The position numbers were made by a program, and so were the translations under genes. A DNA stretch of 64,000 nucleotides, from positions 1,216,001-1,280,000 of the forward strand of contig OZ241362.1 of the NCBI GenBank assembly GCA_965200315.1, written 5' to 3'. This DNA comes from Candidatus Latescibacterota bacterium (GTDB taxonomy: Bacteria; Latescibacterota; UBA2968; UBA8231). The notes beneath the pieces are model-generated. The model saw only the letters and a program-made list of their open reading frames with translations. It was not told the origin of the DNA and did no database searches. This document shows, in pieces, positions 56,170-64,000 of the stretch. How positions within the stretch are numbered: position 1 is the first letter of the stretch; the number at the start of each line of letters is the position of its first letter.

Positions 56170-58083
56170 TTAGTAAACAAGCGAGATGACAGCTTGCCGA
56201 AAGGCTAGCCCCCTGTCGGTCTCGACGCTCACGCGCAGAATGTACAACCCCGGCGGCACCTGCTGACCGCGCTCATCCCGCCCGTCCCACGCCCCTACGT
56301 ACCGGCCGCTGGACGTCCAATCCGAACCCACCACGCCCAACAGGCGGCCCGACAAATCGTACACCGATGACTCTACCTGCACCGGCCCCACCAAATTCAG
56401 CACATTGCACTCGATCCGCACTGCGTCGTTGATGCCGTCGCCGTTGGGGCTAAACACCGACGGCATCAGCACCAAGTCACCGATAGTCTGCGCCCCCAAG
56501 CGGGTCAACCCCACGCTCAACCCATCGCTCTCGGAGCGTGCGTCCGCGTCCCCAGACTCTAGGCTTTGCGGGACCTCTTGAGGCTGCTCGCTGTTGGAGA
56601 TCCGCCCAGAAAATACCGTGCCGAACTTAAAGATCGCGGTCTGGAAATCCACCTCGATCAACTCCTCGGTGCGCTGCGCGTCAATCTCTGGTAGCTGCAC
56701 CGCAAAACCGGTCTCGTCCAGCCGCACCACCTCAAATGCCACCGGCTTACCCGAAATCCGCACCTCATCTATACTCTGTGCTTGAACCGGCGTGTCAATG
56801 TCCAGCCGATCAAAGCCCAAATCGTCGCTGGCCAAGGCCGCCCGCAACTTGTAGGTGAAGGCCGTAACCTCACCCGGAAGCACGGCCGCAGGTGATATCT
56901 CGGCGACGGCTTGTTGCGCCACCGGCGGGATCGACACGGCAAACTGCACCCAATCCAACTGCCCACTGGTCTCTCGGCTCGACGAGAAGTCCGCCCGCAA
57001 CTGCACGTAGCGCTGGGGGCCATCTCCGACCATCACCCCCTGCCTAGCTGTGAAGTCGTAACCTCCCCAGAACGCCCAATTTTCCGTGTCGTGGGTAGTG
57101 CCAGCCCTCTCGCCGAGCGCTAGCTTATTGTACGACGCCAGCGTCAAGGGACGTCCCTTGGCGTCGAAGCGGGTGCGCTCGCCGCCGCGAAAGGTGGTCC
57201 GCCAATAGATATTCGGATCCGCGTCCAGCCCGCTGCGCATACTCAGAGCCACGCTGACTCCCTCGTCCTCGTGCCCGGCCCATGTTAGCTCCCCCAAGCT
57301 CGCCAAGGCCCCTAAGTCGATAACATTGGACACGTAGTCCGCAAAGGGCGCAAAGCCGCTGCCGTAGATTTCCAACTCGGCAATCTCCCAGATGCCGCGC
57401 GTGTTTTCCGCCGCCGAGAAGAGCACCCTTCGCACGGGCTCTGTCGGCAGGGGCAACTCGATGACGGCTTCGGTATTTTCGGTTATATCGTAGATAATGT
57501 CGAAGTCCAGCTCGTCTCCCCAGCGGCCAATGCGGAGCCCGCGTGAACCATCCTTGAGGGGGTCGCCATCGTTGATGCCGATCCTGAAGGTTTCTACAAA
57601 GCGGTCCGTCAGGTGTTTGGTGCGCGGGAAAAAGCGAATCCTCTCTAGCAGAAGGGGTGCGCCAAAATCAAAGGTCAGGTACTTGTGCGGTGGTCCGTGC
57701 GAGGCAAAGTGACCATCTCCAAGGTAAATGGTGTTCGGATCTTGGTCGAACATAAAAAGATCGTCCGCCTGAGGTGGCCCCCAGCCGATCCACACCAAGT
57801 TCAGAATCTGGCCACCTTGCTCTTCGATGATCGGCACGAGATTGACCGACGAATCGAACCGTTGGGGGCGCACGAAATCTGGATCGAACTCCAGCAACTC
57901 CTCGCTGCCGTGCTGCGCTGCGTCAATATCGCTCCAACTGATTTGCACGAATTCGTACGGAGTATCCAACTCCGGGGGCGGCAGACTCTCGCCGCCGATC
58001 CGATAGATCGTTAGCCCACTCGCCGGGCCGACCGCGCAGATCCACAGGATCGACCATACACACGCCGTTAAACGCCCAGCCAT
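56170..58083 (-). CDS. Secreted protein with C-terminal FlgD-Ig-like domain (paralogue)
   Basis: AAGGAG RBS and ATG at 58083; FSPNGDGIND, WDGRDE, PPGLY. Confidence 0.8.
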   Translation of the reverse strand: MAGRLTACVWSILWICAVGPASGLTIYRIGGESLPPPELDTPYEFVQISWSDIDAAQHGSEELLEFDPDFVRPQRFDSSVNLVPIIEEQGGQILNLVWIGWGPPQADDLFMFDQDPNTIYLGDGHFASHGPPHKYLTFDFGAPLLLERIRFFPRTKHLTDRFVETFRIGINDGDPLKDGSRGLRIGRWGDELDFDIIYDITENTEAVIELPLPTEPVRRVLFSAAENTRGIWEIAELEIYGSGFAPFADYVSNVIDLGALASLGELTWAGHEDEGVSVALSMRSGLDADPNIYWRTTFRGGERTRFDAKGRPLTLASYNKLALGERAGTTHDTENWAFWGGYDFTARQGVMVGDGPQRYVQLRADFSSSRETSGQLDWVQFAVSIPPVAQQAVAEISPAAVLPGEVTAFTYKLRAALASDDLGFDRLDIDTPVQAQSIDEVRISGKPVAFEVVRLDETGFAVQLPEIDAQRTEELIEVDFQTAIFKFGTVFSGRISNSEQPQEVPQSLESGDADARSESDGLSVGLTRLGAQTIGDLVLMPSVFSPNGDGINDAVRIECNVLNLVGPVQVESSVYDLSGRLLGVVGSDWTSSGRYVGAWDGRDERGQQVPPGLYILRVSVETDRGLAFRQAVISLVY

Positions 58084-58094
58084 AACTCGGCTCC

Positions 58095-60023
58095 TTAGTA
58101 TACTAGAGAGACGACGGCCTGCCGCTGCGTCGTCCCCTGATCCGTCTCCACGCGCAAACCCACTACATACAGACCCGGCGGCAACAATACCCCACGCGCA
58201 TCCCGACCATCCCACACCCCCACATACCGACCACTGCCCAACCAAGACTCATCCACCAAACCCAAACGACGACCCGACACGTCATACACCCAACACACAA
58301 CGGACGACAAACCCGACAAATTCAGCACGTCGCAGCCGATCTCTACCACATCGTTAATCCCATCCCCGTTGGGACTAAACACCCCAGGCTCCACCGCCAA
58401 CGCCCCCAAAGGGCCTGTGCCCAACCCGGTCAAGTCCACCCGCAACCGCTCACTCGAAGGCACCCCATCCGCATCCCCCCAAGCCAACGATTGCGGCACC
58501 TCGGCCGGATGCTGACTGTTGAAAATGCGCCCGGTAAACACCGTGCCAAACTGGAACACCGACGCGTGGAAGTCCACCTCTAACACCTCTTGGGTGCGCT
58601 GTGCATCCACTAAAAAAGGCACGGCCAACACCACGCCCGTGTCATCGCTGTGGACGACGTCGAAGGCTACCGGCTGCCCCGACAGGCGCACCCCATCCAC
58701 GCTCTGCACCCGCGCTGGCGTGTCGATGGCTAACCGATCAAAACCCAAGTCATCGCTGGCGACCGACGCCTTGACCTTATAGGTGAACGCAGCTACAGCC
58801 CCTGGCGACACCACCGACGGCAGGATCTCGGCGATGGCTTGTTGCGCCACCGGCGGGATCGATACGGCTAACTCCACCCAATCGAGCCGACCCTTGGCAT
58901 GCTGCCCCGAGGTGAAGTCGGCGCGCACCTGCACGAACTGACGCGGACCGGCTCCGGCGATGGTCCCTTCGCCAGCGGCAAAGTCTTGGGCACTACTCCA
59001 GAAGGTCCATCCGGCGGTGTCGTGGGTGAAGCCCGCCTGCGCACCAAGCGCCAGCTTGGTGTACGACGCCAAGTTCAGCGGGCGGCCCTTGGCGTCGAAG
59101 CGGGTGCGCTCGCCGCCGCGAAAGGTGTAGCGCCAGTAGGTGTTGGGATCGTCGTCGTGGCCGCTGCGCGTGCTCAACGCCAGCGTGGCCCCTGCGTCCT
59201 GTTGGCCAGCCCACCTCAGGCTACCGAGGCTGGCGGGAGCGCCCAAGTCAATCACATTCGACACATAGCTGGCAAATGGCGCAAAGCCATTGCCGTAAAT
59301 CTCTAACTCGGCGATCTCCCATATACCGGTAGTGTTCTCGGGTGCTTCAAATAGCAACTGTTGCACCGGCACGGTCGGCAAGGGCATATCAATGACGGAC
59401 TCGACGTTCTCAAAGACATCGTACGGAAGGTCGAAGTCAAAGAAGCTACCCCGGATGCCCTGCGTGAATTCCCGCGTACCTTTCTTGAGCGGATCGCCGT
59501 CGCTGATGCCGATGATGAAGCGTTGCACAAACCGGTCGGCCAAAAACCGCTCGCGGGGGAAGAAGCGAACGCGCTCGAGGAAAAAGCGGCCCCCCAAGTC
59601 GAAAATCAGCGACTTCTGGCGAATGACGCCGTAATCCCCACCCCAATCGCCATCGCCCAAAAACGCCGTCGTGGGGTCGCCATCGAACATGGCCAAGTCG
59701 TTGCCGCTAGCCGGCCCCCAGCCGATCCAATTCAGGGACAGCACCTGTCCGCCGCGCTCTTCGAGCATCGGCACCAAGTTGACCGTGGGATCCAAGTGCA
59801 ATGGCTCGACAAAGCCGGTATCTATTTGTACTAGTTCGGCCAAGCCGTGCCTTTTGGGGTCCACGTCGGCCCAAGGCAACTGCACGAACTCATAGGGAAC
59901 CTCCAAATCGGGCGGGGGCAAATCCTCCCCGCCGAGGCGGATCACGGTCAGGGCCGCAACAGAAGTTGGCCCACTCCAAAGACACCATCCCAATGCGAGG
60001 AGAATCCCAATGCGCTGTAGCAT
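58095..60023 (-). CDS. Secreted protein with C-terminal FlgD-Ig-like domain (close paralogue of 56170-58083)
   Basis: Colinear similarity over the full length; FSPNGDGIND, WDGRDA, PPGLY. Confidence 0.8.
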   Translation of the reverse strand: MLQRIGILLALGWCLWSGPTSVAALTVIRLGGEDLPPPDLEVPYEFVQLPWADVDPKRHGLAELVQIDTGFVEPLHLDPTVNLVPMLEERGGQVLSLNWIGWGPASGNDLAMFDGDPTTAFLGDGDWGGDYGVIRQKSLIFDLGGRFFLERVRFFPRERFLADRFVQRFIIGISDGDPLKKGTREFTQGIRGSFFDFDLPYDVFENVESVIDMPLPTVPVQQLLFEAPENTTGIWEIAELEIYGNGFAPFASYVSNVIDLGAPASLGSLRWAGQQDAGATLALSTRSGHDDDPNTYWRYTFRGGERTRFDAKGRPLNLASYTKLALGAQAGFTHDTAGWTFWSSAQDFAAGEGTIAGAGPRQFVQVRADFTSGQHAKGRLDWVELAVSIPPVAQQAIAEILPSVVSPGAVAAFTYKVKASVASDDLGFDRLAIDTPARVQSVDGVRLSGQPVAFDVVHSDDTGVVLAVPFLVDAQRTQEVLEVDFHASVFQFGTVFTGRIFNSQHPAEVPQSLAWGDADGVPSSERLRVDLTGLGTGPLGALAVEPGVFSPNGDGINDVVEIGCDVLNLSGLSSVVCWVYDVSGRRLGLVDESWLGSGRYVGVWDGRDARGVLLPPGLYVVGLRVETDQGTTQRQAVVSLVY

Positions 60024-60063
60024 ACCGGCCTTGTAACTTGACTGAGGGAACGAAAAATATGAC

Positions 60064-60101
60064 AAAAAAGGACGGGTAGATCAATGAAGACCTACCCGTC
60101 C
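60064..60101 (-). terminator. Rho-independent terminator
   Basis: Minus strand GGACGGGTAG-N12-CTACCCGTCC-TTTTTT. Confidence 0.8.
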
Positions 60102-60134
60102 CACTACAGATGTTTACTGCTTTAGGCGGATGAA

Positions 60135-61097
60135 TTATCTAGCGACGGAAGCCTTGATATGGCCCCAGCTATCGTTCTCGACCGAGGTCGGGAGATTAGC
60201 GAGCGCGGCTTCGTCGAGAGGCAGCAAGACAAAGTCGGAAAACGAGCTGGCGTTGCCAAAGATATCGGACTGGCCGCCTAACGTCCACTTGGCCGTCCAC
60301 GGGTTTCTGTCTTCGGCATCTTCTGGGCCGTTGTCGTTGTCGACGATCTGCAAACCAGCACCGACAATTTCCAGCTCGACGAAGTCGTGCTGGGTGCTCA
60401 ACTCAGGACCCTGCCAGTTGAAATCGTCCCAGCCAATGGTGTACCACTCGGCTTGGAAATTGGCCTCAGCACCGTGGACGCCGTCGAGATTAAAGGAATC
60501 CGCGCAGCACTGATAAGGCTCGTCGCCGTGCCAAGTCGAGCTGGACATCCAAAACCAACTCCAGCCATTCGGATCGCTGCCAGACGTGATGGCCGGCCAG
60601 CGGTAATGCGAAGTCTGGGTCTGGCCGCCGGTGAAGAGCTTGCTCTCTTCTTCGGTCAAGTCGCCAGCAATGCCAGCACCGCCAGCGTGGAACCAGCCGC
60701 CGGAGTGGTCGGAATCCAGACCGATCTCAATCGAGTCGTCTTGGCCGCAGCAGCCAATGCCGCCAGCATCGCGATCCCAAACGTCGTCAAAGCGGTCAAA
60801 GACGTAGTAGATGCGATCCAATTCGTCGTTCCAGCCCATGGCAAAGCGGAAGAACAAATTGGAGCGGTCCTTTTCGCGCCCGACGTCGCCTTCACCGACG
60901 ATGATGTCGGCATTATCGCTGTCAATCCACACCTCGGCGGGCAGGACTTCCCACTCAGAGATGTCGCCATCGAGGACGGGCAGTTTATCGGTTGGCCACT
61001 GGAAGGCACCATAGACAGTCCCTTCGGGAATGTGGGCGAAGGCAGACGAACTCACCAAGCCCATAACAGCAGCCAGCACCGCAATTTTCTTGCTCAT
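60135..61097 (-). CDS. Secreted acidic protein (CBM9/DOMON-like) with C-terminal PTSVENDSWGHIK motif
   Basis: Signal peptide (AFA|H); PVLDGDISEW, DSIEIGLDSDHSGG; own terminator. Confidence 0.75.
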   Translation of the reverse strand: MSKKIAVLAAVMGLVSSSAFAHIPEGTVYGAFQWPTDKLPVLDGDISEWEVLPAEVWIDSDNADIIVGEGDVGREKDRSNLFFRFAMGWNDELDRIYYVFDRFDDVWDRDAGGIGCCGQDDSIEIGLDSDHSGGWFHAGGAGIAGDLTEEESKLFTGGQTQTSHYRWPAITSGSDPNGWSWFWMSSSTWHGDEPYQCCADSFNLDGVHGAEANFQAEWYTIGWDDFNWQGPELSTQHDFVELEIVGAGLQIVDNDNGPEDAEDRNPWTAKWTLGGQSDIFGNASSFSDFVLLPLDEAALANLPTSVENDSWGHIKASVAR

Positions 61098-61222
61098 GCT
61101 ACAACCCCCTGTGTTGGTTGAGTGAATGGTGAAAGATGCTCCATAACAATTAAAGAGCATGATATGAAAGCGTTAAAACAAATAATGACTTACCTATTTT
61201 GTCAAGCGTTTTCTCGCTCGTC

Positions 61223-62977
61223 TCACGAGTCGCCTTTGAGCGGCGTCCCGGTGGCCCAAGGCATGGCACTGAGGCTCAAATCCTTCCGCTGTGCGGCGGC
61301 CTGCAAGTGGTGCGCCCGGTTCCAGTGCCTTTTGGCGAGGGGTTGGTTGCCCATTTTTTTGTACGTCTGCGCGAGGGCCAAGTGCGCACGGCCGTAGTCT
61401 GAGTCTAATGCCACCGCACGCTCAAACGCGCCAATCGCCTCCCCGAACCGCTCCATTTTTGCGTACTCCACCCCTAAATTAAAATGGGCCTGCGCCAGCT
61501 CGGGCTCCAGGGCGATGGCCCGTTGGTGCAGGCCAATGGCGGCCTTCATATCGCCTTTGAGCGAATGGGCGATCCCCAAGTGCGTATAGGCTTGGGCATA
61601 GATAGAATCCGCGGCAATGGCCTGTTGGTGAGCGACGATGCCGCGGTCGAAATCCCCTTCCCGACTATAGGCCACCCCCAAGTCGTCGTGGGCTTTGGCC
61701 ACGCTCGGGGCCAGCCGGGCCAAGTATTCCTTGGCATGTACGTCCGACAGCGAATAGCGGGCATCGGTCCAAGCCAAGAACAGGATGGGCACCCCGAAGT
61801 ACAGCACCTGCTTGCCGGTCTCAAATCCGTAGGAGAGCACCGTCCACTGCGCCCGCGCATTCTGCCAGCGCGTCGCCAGCGCGTTCCAGCCACGTCGCGG
61901 CAGCGTCTCCACGCGCATCCCCGCTGGGGAATCCTCGTCTATCAAGTTCTGCCGTATCTCCTTTTTGCCGACCTTCCACATGAACCCATCGTAGTAGTAG
62001 TGCATAAAGGCCGAGGTGGCGATAAGCACCTTGACTATATCGTAGATCAGGAAATTCTGGGTCGCCCGCGCTAGGGCTTCTATGCCGCCGTAAGCCAATA
62101 TCAGCACTAGGTAAAACAAGACGATCCGCAAGCGCCCATCGGCGAATAGGAAGCGAAAGAAGGACCGCCCCAAGTCGCGTGAGCGCCGGAGCACTCCGTG
62201 ATTGTAGATCCACACGATGGCAAAGTACTGAATGTCGTGTGCCAGCGCGGTGATCGCGTAGCCCAAGATGACGTCTTCGAGAACGATGTACGCGTAGTAG
62301 ACCGTGGCGAACGTAGTGGCTGAAATCGCCAGCTTAGGCCAGACGATGGGCGCACCGCGCCGCCTTTCGACGACCATGTTGGCGACATAGACCACTGACA
62401 AGGCCAGAGCCAAGTACAACATGGCGTCTCGCAGCGAGAAGACGTATTCGGGTTTGACCCAAGTATACAGCCCAAAGCCATAGCGGTGGCAGCGTTCTAA
62501 AAAATTGATCAAATAGTGAGGGCTGGCCGCTATCACGTATCCGAACCACACGGCTGTCAGCCACCAGTCCAGCCGCGCACTCAACGGCGAGGGCCGACGT
62601 CGCTTGAACTCGTAGATTCGCATGAAGCCGTAGTGCTGCATGAAGAAGTGCCACATGTCCCATAGGGCCAAGAAAATGAAAAACCCGAGGTGGCCGTTGA
62701 ATACGCTCCAACTGACAAAGGCGGCGATTACCAGCGGCGCGACGATGAAGCGGGCCTTGTAGCGGCCAAACAGCTCCCGCTCGCCATAAGCGCGCATTAG
62801 CCCGGGCAGGTGGTGCCCCACCGCAAAAAAGGCCAGCACAAACAGGGCAATGTCAGCAGAGGTGAAGTAGTTGGCGGCCAACAGCAGTGCCGCTAGTGAG
62901 AGCAGCGGAGTGCCAATAAAAAACAAGAAATCCCAGTGGCGGCTGATAATCCAGCCCTGTGGGGCGGCGGTCGTCAT
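61223..62977 (-). CDS. His-box integral membrane protein fused to C-terminal TPRs
   Basis: GHH, WHFFMQHYG, AHDIQY and MHYYYDG in a multi-TM domain; TPRs (AHDDLG, AYTHLG, AHFNLG). Confidence 0.8.
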   Translation of the reverse strand: MTTAAPQGWIISRHWDFLFFIGTPLLSLAALLLAANYFTSADIALFVLAFFAVGHHLPGLMRAYGERELFGRYKARFIVAPLVIAAFVSWSVFNGHLGFFIFLALWDMWHFFMQHYGFMRIYEFKRRRPSPLSARLDWWLTAVWFGYVIAASPHYLINFLERCHRYGFGLYTWVKPEYVFSLRDAMLYLALALSVVYVANMVVERRRGAPIVWPKLAISATTFATVYYAYIVLEDVILGYAITALAHDIQYFAIVWIYNHGVLRRSRDLGRSFFRFLFADGRLRIVLFYLVLILAYGGIEALARATQNFLIYDIVKVLIATSAFMHYYYDGFMWKVGKKEIRQNLIDEDSPAGMRVETLPRRGWNALATRWQNARAQWTVLSYGFETGKQVLYFGVPILFLAWTDARYSLSDVHAKEYLARLAPSVAKAHDDLGVAYSREGDFDRGIVAHQQAIAADSIYAQAYTHLGIAHSLKGDMKAAIGLHQRAIALEPELAQAHFNLGVEYAKMERFGEAIGAFERAVALDSDYGRAHLALAQTYKKMGNQPLAKRHWNRAHHLQAAAQRKDLSLSAMPWATGTPLKGDS

Positions 62978-62988
62978 CGCTTTCGGCC

Positions 62989-64000
62989 CTACAATCCAGC
63001 AAATACCGAAAGGAATACTAGACCCGAAGTCTTCCGCTCCCCATCCCCGTCTTTGACCTCCAACGAGCGGCGATCAAAGCGCACACCTATCTGAGTGGTC
63101 AACTCGTATCCGGAATAGGCGCGAGTGCTCGTCAGTTGACAGGCCAAGACCGTGCCGCGAAAGTCGCCGGTCCGCTCTCCGGCCGCTAGTGGCCCCTCTT
63201 CGCCTTCGAGATCGTAGAAAAAGCGCCCCTCAACCCCTAGCTGCACATAAGATCGGTGGAGAATTGGAAAATTTGCCAGCACCATGTAGAGCACATCGTA
63301 GCTGCGCTCCTGAGGCGCACTACGGCTGAAGGGCACTCGGCGCATAAATTCGCTCTTAATGCGCGGAGAAATGGCGATCGATTTCCACGAGAAAGCATAG
63401 GAGACCTTGTCTATCAACCCGACAAAACTGGACGTCTCGCGGCCATTGCGGCCCTCGGATCCCAAGGGATCAAAGGCTACCACCGGCGCACCCTCGTCGT
63501 CCAAGAGCACGCGGCCCTCCTCGTCCCGGACCAATATCACCTCGGCCTCCCGCTGCTTCCACACGTCCATCTTAAATCGGTGGTGGGTGCTCCAACCCCT
63601 AGGGCTGTCGTACTCCCAGTCCGAGTACAGCGTGTTGATCCACGTATTCTCGGCCGCCAGCAGATCGGGCACGGGCACATTACTGCCCGTTGTTTCGCTG
63701 AATTGGCCGAACTCCGCTCTGGGCACAATCCACTGCACGAGGTGATCTTCGATAGTGTCTTCGGCCCTCCGCACCATGTCGAAGAGCCTCCAGCGACCCA
63801 GCGTGGGGAAGTTCTTGATAAAGGTAAAAATCCCGTAGAAGGTATCGTTGTCGCGCGCGGCTTGGTGCATGGCTTGGCGCAGGCGGCCGGCCGTGAGTCG
63901 GATTTCGGGATTGACTTGGACGCTGGTGTAAAAATTGTAGCCCCAGTGATCCTTCTTATAGGGATAGTCTGGCTCGTCGTCGTTTTCAAAGCGATCAACC
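62989..64000 (-). CDS. 3' part of a large hypothetical (probably secreted/outer-membrane) protein
   Basis: The frame is open from the window edge (VDRFENDDEPDYPYKKDHWGYN...) and ends in the beta-strand-like VFLSVFAGL. Confidence 0.7.
   Translation of the reverse strand, partial: VDRFENDDEPDYPYKKDHWGYNFYTSVQVNPEIRLTAGRLRQAMHQAARDNDTFYGIFTFIKNFPTLGRWRLFDMVRRAEDTIEDHLVQWIVPRAEFGQFSETTGSNVPVPDLLAAENTWINTLYSDWEYDSPRGWSTHHRFKMDVWKQREAEVILVRDEEGRVLLDDEGAPVVAFDPLGSEGRNGRETSSFVGLIDKVSYAFSWKSIAISPRIKSEFMRRVPFSRSAPQERSYDVLYMVLANFPILHRSYVQLGVEGRFFYDLEGEEGPLAAGERTGDFRGTVLACQLTSTRAYSGYELTTQIGVRFDRRSLEVKDGDGERKTSGLVFLSVFAGL

Overview
GC-rich bacterial chromosomal window. Its gene content suggests an FCB-superphylum organism such as Ca. 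Latescibacterota; this is inference from the futalosine pathway, tandem FlgD-Ig/'FSPNGDGIND' secreted proteins and a 'TSVE..SWGxIK' C-terminal motif. The housekeeping backbone comprises a xylonate dehydratase, rfbB, the menaquinone cluster ubiE-mqnE-mqnC-mqnA-ubiA, two sigma-54 activators with their -24/-12 promoters (one ahead of a sigma-70 factor gene, one ahead of amtB-glnK-porin-glnA), def, a fused IOR-type oxidoreductase, rpiA, a TRAP transporter, mltF, an M16 peptidase and a sugar ABC transporter. The standout is a ~9.7-kb defence island (1862-11599) bounded by imperfect 20-bp direct repeats. It encodes a PLD-SNF2 helicase fused in frame to a MazF/PemK endoribonuclease domain, a type IIG-like restriction-modification enzyme, and a silent inverted alternative C-terminal specificity cassette joined to the active gene by nested inverted repeats (172 bp imperfect, 37 bp perfect, 26 bp). 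An adjacent Cre-like tyrosine recombinase and a Fic protein complete the island, making it a probable DNA-inversion 'shufflon' that switches type IIG specificity. Other oddities are a 24-bp palindromic element inserted in frame in two unrelated genes, a stand-alone Ntox37-like toxin/immunity pair, a restriction endonuclease whose methylase has lost its catalytic motif, and a decayed locus at 38.5-40 kb. All calls come from reading the sequence; no database searches were run.
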